Notes: a model not told the origin generated them from the sequence alone. Counted from the stretch's first letter, positions 45,471-56,095 are shown. The stretch is DNA of 64,000 nt from Parachlamydiales bacterium (GCA_963765145.1 CAVXVG010000029.1:1-64000), one strand, 5' to 3'. Numbers and translations are program-made.

Positions 45471-46144
45471 AAAGTCAGTTCCAATTTGATACGACACATT
45501 TAAGAAATTACTTCTTAACAGGGCTTGTTCTACTTCTACCCATTGCCCTGACCATCATCATCGTCACTTTCCTCTTTAACCTATTGACAGCCCCATTTGA
45601 AGGGCTGATGCATAGCTTTCTGACTAGCATTGGCATTTACCATGGTGGTTTTTGGATTCTTTCTGAAGAGCAGTTGGTCAACATGACCAGCAAGATTTTG
45701 ATCCTTGTGCTGATCATCGGTCTTACAATTTTGCTTGGAGCTATTGCCCGTTGGTTTTTCATCAATTGGCTTATCGGAGTTGGAGAAGCTGTTGTCACAA
45801 GAATCCCTCTGATTGGTTCAATCTATAAAACCTCTCAAGACGTGATCAAGACCATCTTTACTTCTAAGACAAGCAGCTTCAAGCAGGTGGTCCTTGCCCC
45901 TTATCCATCTAAAGGGACCTATGCGCTTGGCTTGATTACAAAAGAGGGGGTCACTTCGCATGACCAAGAGGTTTTAGGAGACCGCGTCACTGTTTTTGTT
46001 CCAACCACACCAAACCCTACTTCGGGCTTTCTGTTGCTCTATGAAGTTAAAGACTTGATCTATCTTGATATGGCTATTGAAGATGCCTTGAAGTTTGTCA
46101 TCTCTTGCGGTGTGATCACCTCACCTATTAATAGGAAACAGTAG
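45467..46144 (+). CDS. DUF502 membrane protein
   Basis: FLTGL, RIPLIGSIY and VFVPTTPNPTSGF. Confidence 0.85.
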   Translation: MKSQFQFDTTHLRNYFLTGLVLLLPIALTIIIVTFLFNLLTAPFEGLMHSFLTSIGIYHGGFWILSEEQLVNMTSKILILVLIIGLTILLGAIARWFFINWLIGVGEAVVTRIPLIGSIYKTSQDVIKTIFTSKTSSFKQVVLAPYPSKGTYALGLITKEGVTSHDQEVLGDRVTVFVPTTPNPTSGFLLLYEVKDLIYLDMAIEDALKFVISCGVITSPINRKQ

Positions 46145-46151
46145 ATCTCTC

Positions 46152-46727
46152 ATGTGGAAATGGTTCATTGAAGGAATCATCCTTCTCTTTCCGATCGTCC
46201 TTTCCTGTTTGATTTTCATCTACTTATTCCAGCTTTTCTCCCATCCGCTCGATGTTTGGCTAGAATCGTTTTTCCCTGCCTTGGCCGGCAAACACTATAC
46301 TGCAAGGCTGATCGCTCTTCTAATGACTCTTGCCTTTATCGTGATCGTTGGCTTTTTAGGAGCACGCTGGATTTTAGGAAGAGTGTTAAAGCAGATACAC
46401 GCACTGTTTTTAAAAATACCAATCATTCGAAAAGTTTTTCATGCTTCTCATGAAGTGGTCAACACGATGTTGAGAGAGGAAGATCGGGGGTTTCAACAGG
46501 TAACACTCTTTCCGTTCGGAGATACTGGCGGTTATGCGGTCTCCTTTTTACCCCGTAAAGACGGGCAATTTGAAGAACACACCGCCGTCTTACTGCCGGG
46601 CACACCAAATCCCCTGCAAGGCTTTATGCTCTATGTAGAGAATGACAAAATCGCCCTTTCCGAGCTACCCATTGGCGCTGCCATGAAGTGGAACATCTCC
46701 ATCGGCTCGTCAGACTTCTCCAAATAA
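46152..46727 (+). CDS. DUF502 membrane protein paralog
   Basis: KIPIIRKVF and PGTPNPLQGF. Confidence 0.75.
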   Translation: MWKWFIEGIILLFPIVLSCLIFIYLFQLFSHPLDVWLESFFPALAGKHYTARLIALLMTLAFIVIVGFLGARWILGRVLKQIHALFLKIPIIRKVFHASHEVVNTMLREEDRGFQQVTLFPFGDTGGYAVSFLPRKDGQFEEHTAVLLPGTPNPLQGFMLYVENDKIALSELPIGAAMKWNISIGSSDFSK

Positions 46728-46739
46728 TTCCTTTTCGTC

Positions 46740-46979
46740 CGCGAAGCGTTTGGAGTGCTAAACGGCGTTGTTGCACAATCAAATAGAATTCGCATACACA
46801 TTGTAGCTTAGGCTTTAGCCTGAGCTCGTTTTGCAGGACTTTAGTCCTGCTAGAAGCTTGCGGGTTAAAACCCGCAAAAACGAACTCAGGCTAAAGCCTA
46901 AGCTACATTTCTCATGATGGCGATTAATTATGCAACAACGCCGTGCTAAACAGGAGTTTAGCACTCCAAACGCTTCGCG
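46740..46979. repeat. Nested element: collapsed REPIN A [MITE B 46764-46942 [REPIN C 46802-46907]]
   Basis: 9-bp duplication gtgctaaac around ggcgttgttgca...tgcaacaacgcc; complete C inside. Confidence 0.9.
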
Positions 46980-47038
46980 TAGTATAGATTTTTTAGTGGT
47001 AAAGAGACATGATGCGGGCAGGGGCAGGGGTTTTGAAG

Positions 47039-47599
47039 ATGAAATACTTTCTTGATGGAATAGCGATTCTTATTCCATTTATCCTGTCAGTTCTCATTGT
47101 GGTGTGGCTGGTTGACTTCTTCACCTATCCTCTCCACCTATGGCTCTCTCATGTGGTTCATCATAGAATCATCATCAAGACGCTGGCTTTTGTATTTACC
47201 GTCATCTTTATCACGACTCTTGGCTTTTTAATCCAAAGGTGGGCGCTTCATCGCTACTTAGACCGATTACATTCTCTGTTCTTAAAAGTACCCATCTTTA
47301 AGACCATTTATAAAAGCTGTTATCAGGCCATTCACGTTCTTTTTAAGAAGAAAGGGCGCGCTTTTAGTGCCGTTGTCACCTTTGAGTATGGCAATACCAA
47401 CGGCCAGGTGGTTGGCCTGATTCCTAGAGAAGAGAACCTCTTTGAAAACCATGTCCCGATCATGCACACGGGGCCAAGCCCCCTTCATAACCTCATCCTT
47501 TTCGTCGACAAGGATAAGCTCCATGCTACTGATATCCCTATAGAAAACGCGATCCGCTGGTCTGTTTCAGCAGGTTCGGCCCCCTTAAACAATTCTTAA
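47039..47599 (+). CDS. Divergent DUF502 paralog
   Basis: Same topology, KVPIFKTIY and TGPSP. Confidence 0.65.
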   Translation: MKYFLDGIAILIPFILSVLIVVWLVDFFTYPLHLWLSHVVHHRIIIKTLAFVFTVIFITTLGFLIQRWALHRYLDRLHSLFLKVPIFKTIYKSCYQAIHVLFKKKGRAFSAVVTFEYGNTNGQVVGLIPREENLFENHVPIMHTGPSPLHNLILFVDKDKLHATDIPIENAIRWSVSAGSAPLNNS

Positions 47600-47633
47600 A
47601 AATTCTTTTAAAGAAAAATGCTATACTAGTTGC

Positions 47634-48770
47634 ATGAGTGAAAAGTTCTCTGTCTATAATAACACCGGCGGCGGCGCTCCCCCGGCTGCCCCAATGAAGA
47701 CAGAAACTCCGCTTCTCTTTAAAAGAGACGGTTTTATCCCACCGTCGCAGTCTCTTTTTGATGCCATCAAGATGGAAACCAACCAGAGTAAACACAACGA
47801 CATCTTAACAAAATATTACAAGATGCTGCTCTCCTCGATTTTCTTGAAATGGAAAACAGAAGAAGGAAGCACTCCCCGGCCCATCAAACGAAAAGAGAAA
47901 GTTGAAAAGCCGGCGGTAGAGAGAAAGAAGCTCGATCTGCAGATTGGCAAAAAGATAGACGCCGCTTCGGACAAAGTCTTGATCACAATTGGCAAAGCTC
48001 TTCTGCCCGTTGCTAAACCCCCGTACAAACTCGCCCTAAGTGGGCTAGATCTTCTTGGCAAAGGGCTGAACAAAGCAGATGCGCTTATCGACAAGGCTAT
48101 CCTTAAAGTGCTTGTTGAGCCGGCCATTCTCCTCTATGAAAAGGTGATGCCTCCCCTTCAGAAAGTCGTTTCGATGATCAATCAAGCATTGACCATGACA
48201 TTAGAAATGTTAGAACGAGAAGGAGAGCGGATCATCGAATTTATCATTGTTCCTCTTGCTGAAGCATTGGAAACCGTTCAAATCCTAGCTAAAAAAATCT
48301 ATACTCCTCTTAGAAAAGCTAAAAATTGGATGGTCAAAAAATTGCCTTCCATACCAAAACCAAGCGCTATTTTAGAGCCATTAGACAGGGTCATTATCAA
48401 ACCCCTTAAAACCTTTATCAACACTTTCATCGCTACTCCAATGGCCAAAGTGTTGCAAAAAATGGGGACTAGCGTCCAAAAGGGGTCTCAGTTTTTATCT
48501 AAAAAAGGGTCCATAGCCTATTTGATGGCATCTAATTTCTGCCGTTCGGTAGGGGCAAGGCTTGGCCGTCTCCTCGAATTCCTATTCGGAATAGTGCTTA
48601 GAAGGCTCGGTCGATTCCTTCTATGGCTATTTAAGCAAATAAAAAGGCTATCCATTCAAGCATGGAAGTTCATCCGTACCATTCCACATTACCTCTCTAA
48701 AGCCGTTACAAAATGTTACGAGGTCGTCTGCAAGCTGACCCAATGGGCCGTTAGAAGATTCCAGCGATAA
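47634..48770 (+). CDS. Hypothetical basic, amphipathic-helical protein
   Basis: 378-aa ORF, no family recognised. Confidence 0.6.
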   Translation: MSEKFSVYNNTGGGAPPAAPMKTETPLLFKRDGFIPPSQSLFDAIKMETNQSKHNDILTKYYKMLLSSIFLKWKTEEGSTPRPIKRKEKVEKPAVERKKLDLQIGKKIDAASDKVLITIGKALLPVAKPPYKLALSGLDLLGKGLNKADALIDKAILKVLVEPAILLYEKVMPPLQKVVSMINQALTMTLEMLEREGERIIEFIIVPLAEALETVQILAKKIYTPLRKAKNWMVKKLPSIPKPSAILEPLDRVIIKPLKTFINTFIATPMAKVLQKMGTSVQKGSQFLSKKGSIAYLMASNFCRSVGARLGRLLEFLFGIVLRRLGRFLLWLFKQIKRLSIQAWKFIRTIPHYLSKAVTKCYEVVCKLTQWAVRRFQR

Positions 48771-49020
48771 ATGATCAAATTGAAGTCACTACACTTTTAC
48801 AACGCGAAGCGTTTGGAGTGCTAAACTCCTGTTTAGCTTTGACTTATCAGTGAAAGTGAAAGCTAAACAGGAGTTTAGCACATACTGTAATTGCGCTTCA
48901 GAGCTTAGCCGGTAAGAAAATGGGCTGTTCTAGGAGGGTTTTAAAAACCCCACGGAGTAGTACTAGACTCTCCAGGCTTTGGCTTGGTAGCCTAAGCAAG
49001 CAATACAGGAGAACAGCCCA

Positions 49021-50122
49021 ATGAAACATTATATCGGTTTAGACGTATCTTTGAAAACTACTGCCATCTGCATCATGGCTCAAGATGGTAAGATCATCCG
49101 AGAGATGACAGCCGCTACTGACCCTTTAGCTATCGCAACTGCGATCAAGACGACCAAGCTCACTATTGAAGCTATAGCAATTGAAGCTGGTGGAACAAGC
49201 CGATGGCTTGTTCAAGAACTTCAAGAGCTTGACCTTCCAGCGATATGTATCGACTCTCGCAAAATGGCTGCCGCCATCGCAATCAAAGCCAATAAAACAG
49301 ACAAAAACGATGCGAGGGAAATCGCAAACGCCCTTCGGACTGGCTACTTTCAAGAGGTCTATCAAAAAAACGATACAAATATGAGCATCAAAAGTCTCTT
49401 AAACATCCGACGCAATCTGGTGATACAAAGAACCATGACGAGTAACTGTATCCGCGGTACTTTGAGATGTTGTGGAAAGCTTTTTTTAGGGTCTAGTAGT
49501 AGTCAAAAGAACTTCATAGAGAAGGTAACAGAGTCGATACAAGATCAACCTGAAGAGGTCGCAATGGGCATTCGTGCACTTTTAGTAACCTTTTCTCAAC
49601 TTCACAAACTAGTAGATGAAATAGACAAGAAGATCGAAGACATAGGAAAGAGATGACGAAGTCGTTCAGCTGCTAATGACAGTTCCTGGTGTAGGGATCG
49701 TAACTGCAGTGAGCTATAAGGTTGAAATTGGAGACCCAAAAAGATTCACACGATCGAGGTCAGTTGGAGCATATGTTGGGATGACTCCAAGGCAGTATAG
49801 TTCAGGTGAAACCGAGCATCAGGGGAAAATAACAAAGATTGGATCAAATGAACTCAGAGCGCTGCTATCTGATGCCGCCATGAGCATGATGTATCGATGC
49901 AAAACATGGAGTAGAGCCAAAGTTTTTGGGCTAAAGATCAATAAGAAGCATGGGCATAAAAAAGCTATAGTTGCCCTTGGTCGGAAGCTTGGTGTGATAA
50001 TGCATCGAATGTGGACAGAAGGTAAACCATTTGAAGCTGGTGAAGTCGAGAAAAAAGAAATTGATAAAGTAACCAAGCCAAGTCGGAAAGAGAAGAAAAA
50101 ATCAAAGCAGATGGCTGCTTAA
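49021..50122 (+). pseudogene. IS110 recombinase with +1 frameshift near 49652
   Basis: Matches 28050-29150 apart from ggaaagagatgac versus ggaaagaatgac (may be a read error). Confidence 0.8.
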
Positions 50123-50193
50123 GAAAAGTTAAAAAAGTTCTCAAAGAGCGAAAGAGCAGAGAGAGTAAGAAAAAAGATTCAAATACGAGTTCG

Positions 50194-50354
50194 AAATAAG
50201 GTTAAGACGCTTTGGAGTTGACGCTAATAAGACGTCGTGTAGCACATTGTCTTACCTTGTTTCTTTTGGAAAGTATGTTGGGGCTGAAGATCAGCTAATA
50301 AGGCCGAAATCTTCAATAAAAAGGACCCCGGAGAGAACTATGACCGAGTTAGAA
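50194..50354 (+). ncRNA. Predicted bridge RNA/seekRNA of IS copy 2 (target-binding loop then donor-binding loop)
   Basis: Target guides tttggagt (50211-18) and tagcac (50240-45); donor guides agtatgt (50272-78) and agagaac (50332-38); each pair sits in an internal loop closed by stems. Confidence 0.8.
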
Positions 50355-50548
50355 TTTTATTTTTTACGATCAAGCTTTGGAAGCCCATAGAGGAAGTTGT
50401 CAATTATCTTGGGGGAAGTATCCCCCAAACCCCCTCGGCTTAGGAAGGGGAAAGAGAAAAAATCATGCTTGCCTAGAAACGCAATTAGAGAACTCCAAAC
50501 GCTTCGCGAAGGCAGAATTCTCTGCACGCTGGTTAAATTATGTTTTAG

Positions 50549-51956
50549 TTAAAGCTTTTTCAATTTGGGGCCGTTGGCGGTGTCTTCAATTTGAAAACCG
50601 GCCGTTGTGATCAATGCTCTTAAACGGTCTGCCTCTGCCCAGTTTTTATCTTTTCTTGCGACTAATCTTTGGTCAAAGGCCGCTTGCACATCTTGTGGAA
50701 CTTCAAGCTCTTGTTTCCACACAAAAATGCCCAGTATGGCATCGATTTCATGGAGAAAATCGAGGACAATCTTCTTTCCTAAAGGTCCCACACTCCCCTC
50801 ATCGATCATCTGGTTCACATGTCTAACAAGGTCAAACAAAGCAGCTAAGGCCGGCGAAATATTGAGGTCGTCGGCAAGGGCAAGCTTCATTTTCTCTCTG
50901 GTTGTTGCAACCAGTTCATGCACATCCCCTTCAACTTTTCCCGGTACAACATCGTTTAACCGGCCGATAAAATCGTCTAGACGTCGCAATGCATGGCGAG
51001 ATGCCTCTAACCCTTCGATTGTGAAATTTAATTGGGTTCTATAGTGAACGGAAAGAAGCAAATAACGGATCTCCCTCCCGTGGTACCCTTTTTCCAAAAG
51101 ATCTCTCAGGGTAAAAAAGTTGCCAAGCGATTTTGACATTTTTTTCCCATCTACAATTAAATGTTCCGAGTGGAGCCAGGTTTTGACAAACTTGCAGCCA
51201 CTGCAGCTTTCCGACTGCGCGATTTCGTTTTCATGGTGCGGGAAAATGTTGTCGACTGCACCACAATGGATATCGAGTGCCGGCCCTAAAAGGGCTGTAG
51301 CCATTGCAGAGCACTCGATATGCCATCCTGGACGCCCTTTACCCCATGGGCTTTCCCAAAAAATTTGGCTATCTCTTTCTTTGTCATACCCTTTCCATAA
51401 GACAAAGTCGGCTACCCTTTCTTTATCATATTCATCGTGGACAACCCTTTCAGAGCCCCCTTCTTTCAATTCATCCAAATGGAGGTGAGACAAGGCACCG
51501 TACTGTGGGAATTTCTCAATCGAAAAATAAACGCTGCCGTCATGACCAACATACGCAACCCCTTTCTGAATGAGTTGTTCGATCATTTTGACCATATCAG
51601 GAATGTAATCGGTGGCTTTTGGACGGTGTTCAACCTCTTCAATAGCAAGCGTTTTCAAGTCTTCTAGAAAAGCTTTTGTGTAGGGCGCAGTATATTGATC
51701 AAGAGTGACATTGTCTCTGATAGCTCCACGAATGGTTTTGTCATCCACATCGGTGATGTTCATCACCTGTTCTACTGCATATCCAAAGTGTTTTAGAGTT
51801 CTTCTTAGTAGGTCCTCGAACACATAGGTGCGAAAATTTCCGATATGGGCAAAATGGTAAACCGTAGGGCCGCACGTATAAAGCCGGACTTTATTCTTTT
51901 CATGGGGAACAAAGGCCTCTTTTTGCTCTTGTTAACGTATTGAAAAATGTAATCAC
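50549..51956 (-). CDS. cysS: Cysteinyl-tRNA synthetase (frameshift near 51920)
   Basis: YTCGPTVY...HIGN, GRPGWHIEC and KMSKS. Confidence 0.95.
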
Positions 51957-54619
51957 TCGAGAAATTCCCCTTCTAACTTTTTATAATCAATTTTACCGGT
52001 ACCTAAAATCGGAATATCTGGCAGTTGATAGACCAAAGAAAACCTTGCCAAATTGCTAAATCCACCTTTACGCAAGACGCCATTGGCTTCATCTAAAGTC
52101 AATGGCTTAGTGGTAAATAAAATCAGCCTGGGTCTATCAGCTCCTCCCTCTTTGGCGGCAACAGCAAAGGCAGGCCCCCCCTCTCCATTTGGGAACGTTT
52201 CTGAAAGAACGTCTTCCAAGCTTGCCAAACTGATCATTTCACCACCCACTTTAATAAATCGTTTCAAACGACCCACTAAAGTTAAATAACCCTCTTCATC
52301 TAAGTACCCTAAATCTCCTGTCTGGTACCACACTTTTCCGTCGTGTGTGATGAAAGGTGAAGCTTGACCTGGGTTCAAGTAGCCAGAAAAAACATTAGGC
52401 CCTCTAGCAAGGATCAACCCAATTTGCCCTATAGGTATCTTTGCCTTGGTTTCGGGGTGGATGATGTCTAGTTCAACCCCTTTTAAAGGTCTGCCTACCC
52501 CCTTGGCCTTTTCTCCTGGTCTATTGAATGTTAAAATAGGGGAACATTCGGTAATGCCATACCCTTCAATCAGGGTATTGTCTAAATGCAAAATACGGGC
52601 TATTTCAAACAGTTCTATCGGTGCTTTTTCTGCACCGGACACAAGGAGGCGCAATGTTTTGACCTCGTCAGCTTTTGCATTTTTTAAGATTCGTTTTAAA
52701 AACGTGGGCGCACCGCATAAAATGGTCCCCTTGTAGGTTTCGATCCCTTTTACGATCCGGTGCGTCTCATTTGGATTGGAATAAAAGCTGGCCCGCAATC
52801 CTAACAATGGGGCAGCCAAAGTGGATACTGTCAAACCAAAAGAGTGAAAGGGGGGTAAAAAACTTTGCATGACATCATCTTCAAAAAGGTCAACAGAACT
52901 ATTGACGGCCTCGATGTTGCTTAAGATGTTGTAATGTGAAAGGGGCACCCCTTTAGGCAGCCCTTCGCTTCCACTTGTAAAAAGAACCACGGCAGGGTCA
53001 TCTCGATGGACTTTATCCAAACCCCATTTCTTTACAAGCCACTTCGTTGGTAAAAACGAATGGAGGTAGGCCTTTATTTTTTTCCCTTCGGTGATCTCTT
53101 TCCGCAGATCCTCTAATTGCACCAACTTATCGGTTAAGTCGCCAAAATCAACGTTTGAGAGGCGATCTAAAAAACTCCACGAAGTGATGGCTGTTTTCAT
53201 CCCGGTTAAACGCATGACAGATTCAACGTGCCTTCTGCCTAGCGTCCAGTTAATCATGATGGGCACTTTTTTAGCCGCAACGCAGGCTAAAAAACAGACA
53301 AGAGCTGTCACACTTGCCGGCAGTAAAATACCTACACTTTCACCCGGCATTTTTGCAAAAATTTCACGCAGGATGGCAACCCTTACCTTTAAATCCCGAT
53401 AAGTAAGAATACCGCTAATCGAATCAGCTACAATGGCACGTCCGGCTTGAGCATTTGCTTGTCTTAAGAACGCTTCCACAATTGTAGTGCCGCCAGGGAA
53501 AACAGCTTTGGTTGATGGATTTTTTTTCAGCCATTTTTCCAAGTTTTGAGGCTGCTCATCTTCTGGGACTGGAATGATTTCTTTCACAGCAAAACCTAAA
53601 ACATCCTTCACAGTGATTAAATCTTCTCCTGATATTTCCATTACATCAAATGACTCTTCAAGGAAAGAGGAGATATCTGCCGTGTCTAGAGAATCGAGGC
53701 CAAGGTCCGATGCCAATTCCATCTCTTCTTTGATTTCGTGTGGAGCAATGTCAGACAGTTCAGACAGCTTAGCAAATATTTTTTGTTTGATGATGGGGGT
53801 TATTGGTTCATGTTTCTTTGAGATGACTCGCTCTTTTAATCTCTCTTCTACCCACTTAGGCTCGGCCCCAAATCGATTATAGGGGACGATATTGATGGGA
53901 TCTGGCTCTAAATTATACCAATCCTCTAACGACTGGTTCATCTCGTGACGATTTAACGTTGATAAGTCACTTGGTGCCACCTCGAACACCACCTTAACTT
54001 TCCTGCGTGGATTAAAAAAAATAAAATTTTTAAGGGTAATCCAAATCCCTTTTTTCAATATCTCTGCTCCGACGGGAGTTTTGTTTGTGTATGCTCGTGA
54101 AAAGCGGCTGCCCCACAACCCTGTCGTCCGAACCAAGACAACATCCACATTGGGCGCCTCTTGTATCAAGTGGTGAAGGCCCGAAGCCCCGCCGATTTGT
54201 TCCTTCTCCCCTCCCTTCACCTTGCCTGCAGGATAAAAAAGGAAAGCCTGTCCTTGCTTAAGCCCATCAACGACCTCTTGCAAGGCCACGTTCATCCGAC
54301 GAACTTTATTGCTATTACTGGTCGCGCCAAAGTTGGGAATTGGCACAGCATCAATCCGTTGCATTAAAAATTTAACACCCGGAAGAAAATACATGTATTC
54401 TACGACAACCGGACGCATTGCAATTTTTTTTAACGCAACAAGCATCACGACCACAGGGTCAATGAAGGCGGCCGGGTGATTGGGAAGAATAAGGACACCT
54501 CTTCCGTTTTTACCAACCTCTTTGGAAATTTGATCCAATCCTACAATTTCTATTGAGTAGCGCAGAGAAAGTAAGCATCGAAGAAGCCATTCGAGCAGGC
54601 GATTCAGTAGCAATTTCAT
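51953..54619 (-). CDS. aas: Acyltransferase-ACP-acyl-ACP synthetase fusion (Aas-like)
   Basis: PNHPAAFID, LGLDSLD carrier domain, FTSGSEGLPKG, EGYGITE and TGDLG. Confidence 0.85.
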   Translation of the reverse strand: MKLLLNRLLEWLLRCLLSLRYSIEIVGLDQISKEVGKNGRGVLILPNHPAAFIDPVVVMLVALKKIAMRPVVVEYMYFLPGVKFLMQRIDAVPIPNFGATSNSNKVRRMNVALQEVVDGLKQGQAFLFYPAGKVKGGEKEQIGGASGLHHLIQEAPNVDVVLVRTTGLWGSRFSRAYTNKTPVGAEILKKGIWITLKNFIFFNPRRKVKVVFEVAPSDLSTLNRHEMNQSLEDWYNLEPDPINIVPYNRFGAEPKWVEERLKERVISKKHEPITPIIKQKIFAKLSELSDIAPHEIKEEMELASDLGLDSLDTADISSFLEESFDVMEISGEDLITVKDVLGFAVKEIIPVPEDEQPQNLEKWLKKNPSTKAVFPGGTTIVEAFLRQANAQAGRAIVADSISGILTYRDLKVRVAILREIFAKMPGESVGILLPASVTALVCFLACVAAKKVPIMINWTLGRRHVESVMRLTGMKTAITSWSFLDRLSNVDFGDLTDKLVQLEDLRKEITEGKKIKAYLHSFLPTKWLVKKWGLDKVHRDDPAVVLFTSGSEGLPKGVPLSHYNILSNIEAVNSSVDLFEDDVMQSFLPPFHSFGLTVSTLAAPLLGLRASFYSNPNETHRIVKGIETYKGTILCGAPTFLKRILKNAKADEVKTLRLLVSGAEKAPIELFEIARILHLDNTLIEGYGITECSPILTFNRPGEKAKGVGRPLKGVELDIIHPETKAKIPIGQIGLILARGPNVFSGYLNPGQASPFITHDGKVWYQTGDLGYLDEEGYLTLVGRLKRFIKVGGEMISLASLEDVLSETFPNGEGGPAFAVAAKEGGADRPRLILFTTKPLTLDEANGVLRKGGFSNLARFSLVYQLPDIPILGTGKIDYKKLEGEFLE

Positions 54620-54630
54620 AATCGCTATAG

Positions 54631-54793
54631 TATACCAAACGTAATAAATAACGTTACATTTGAGCGCGTGAAAGCGCCGCGATTCAAAGATCTCGATCGA
54701 GGTTGTATTTCTAATACTGTCTCGATCGAGATCTTTGAATCCCGGCAGCTTTGACGCGGCTCAAATGTACCGTTATTTGTTGCGTTTGGTATA
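54631..54793. repeat. ~163-bp imperfect palindrome with TATA termini (MITE-like) filling a divergent intergenic region
   Basis: tataccaaacg...gattcaaagatctcgatcgag / ctcgatcgagatctttgaatc...cgtttggtata. Confidence 0.8.
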
Positions 54794-54805
54794 ATATGCT
54801 TAATT

Positions 54806-55120
54806 ATGACTAAAGCCATCATTCCTCAAGACCTTTTTACTATGTGCCAAAATGGAGCCGTGACTCTCATTGACGTCCGTGAAAAGGAAGAATATGACGA
54901 AGGACACATCGAAGGCTCTCGCCTCATTCCCCTTGTTACCTTTCTAGCAGATCCAATACTCGTGAAGCCTGAACAGCCTGTCGTTTTTATGTGCCGATCT
55001 GGAAAACGTTCAGAACGCGCGTTGAATGCTTATTTAATTAAATTTCCTGATGCAACAGCTTACAATTTGACCGGAGGCATCCTTGCATGGATAGCTGCCT
55101 CACTACCTATAGAAAAATAA
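54806..55120 (+). CDS. Rhodanese-like domain protein
   Basis: IDVREKEEY, GHIEGS, CRSGKRS and LTGGILAW. Confidence 0.9.
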   Translation: MTKAIIPQDLFTMCQNGAVTLIDVREKEEYDEGHIEGSRLIPLVTFLADPILVKPEQPVVFMCRSGKRSERALNAYLIKFPDATAYNLTGGILAWIAASLPIEK

Positions 55121-56085
55121 TGACTTGGACTTTTGAAAGCATCTTCGACCTTTATCAACAGCCTCTGATGGAGCTTGTCTACAAGGCAGCCACTGTCCAT
55201 CGTCACCATTTCGACCCTCTGGAAGTTCAACGGTGCTCTCTTTTATCGATCAAAACAGGTGGATGTCCTGAAAATTGCAGCTATTGCCCACAATCGGCTC
55301 ATCATCAAACAGGCGTAAAAGCCGAAAAATTGATGGAAGTCGAAGATGTCTTAGGCGAGGCTAAAAAGGCAAAAGATGGTGGAGCAACTAGGTTTTGCAT
55401 GGGCGCTGCCTGGAGAAAAGTGCGAGACAGCCAAGACTTTGAGAACGTTTTGGAGATGGTCAAAGGGGTTAATGGCATGGGGATGGAGTGTTGCGTCACT
55501 TTAGGCATGCTGACAGAAGAACAAGCCTACAAACTAAAAGAGGCTGGTTTGTACGCCTACAATCACAACCTTGACACAGGCAAAAATCACTATAGCAACA
55601 TCATCACAACTCGCACCTACGACGATCGGCTAAACACTTTAGATGTAGTCAGAAAGGCAGGCATCTCTGTCTGTTGCGGCGGTATTATTGGCCTTGGTGA
55701 AAAAGTTGAAGACAGAATAGACATGCTACTTACACTGTCTGAACTTGAAACTCCGCCAGAATCTATTCCAATCAATGCTCTTGTCCCTACAAAAGGGACA
55801 CCTCTAGAACACCGAAACAAGGTGAACCCTTTCGAGATGGTTAGAATGATCGCCACCACCCGCATTGTGTTTCCTACATCGATGGTTCGCCTTTCTGCCG
55901 GACGCCTTTCTCTTTCACCTGCTGAACAGGCCCTTTGCTTCTTTGCAGGTGCCAACAGCATCTTCGTAGGTGAAAAACTGCTTACCAGCCCAAACCCCGA
56001 TATCGACGCTGACGCCGAGCTCTTCAACACCCTCGGTCTCCGCGGCATGGAAAGCCACCTAGAAGCCGCCAACTCCTGCTGCTAA
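55120..56085 (+). CDS. bioB: Biotin synthase
   Basis: CPENCSYCPQS, YNHNLDT and RLSAGR. Confidence 0.97.
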   Translation: MTWTFESIFDLYQQPLMELVYKAATVHRHHFDPLEVQRCSLLSIKTGGCPENCSYCPQSAHHQTGVKAEKLMEVEDVLGEAKKAKDGGATRFCMGAAWRKVRDSQDFENVLEMVKGVNGMGMECCVTLGMLTEEQAYKLKEAGLYAYNHNLDTGKNHYSNIITTRTYDDRLNTLDVVRKAGISVCCGGIIGLGEKVEDRIDMLLTLSELETPPESIPINALVPTKGTPLEHRNKVNPFEMVRMIATTRIVFPTSMVRLSAGRLSLSPAEQALCFFAGANSIFVGEKLLTSPNPDIDADAELFNTLGLRGMESHLEAANSCC

Positions 56086-56095
56086 CTACAACCAC

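Larger units (their letters stand above)
48880..50493 (+). mobile_element. IS110-family (IS1111-type) insertion sequence, copy 2, inserted in REPIN A (48803-50508)
   Basis: gtttagc-AC-[IS]-AC-tccaaacg; subterminal IRs taattgcgcttc / gaaacgcaatta; short left end and ~370-bp right end. Confidence 0.95.
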
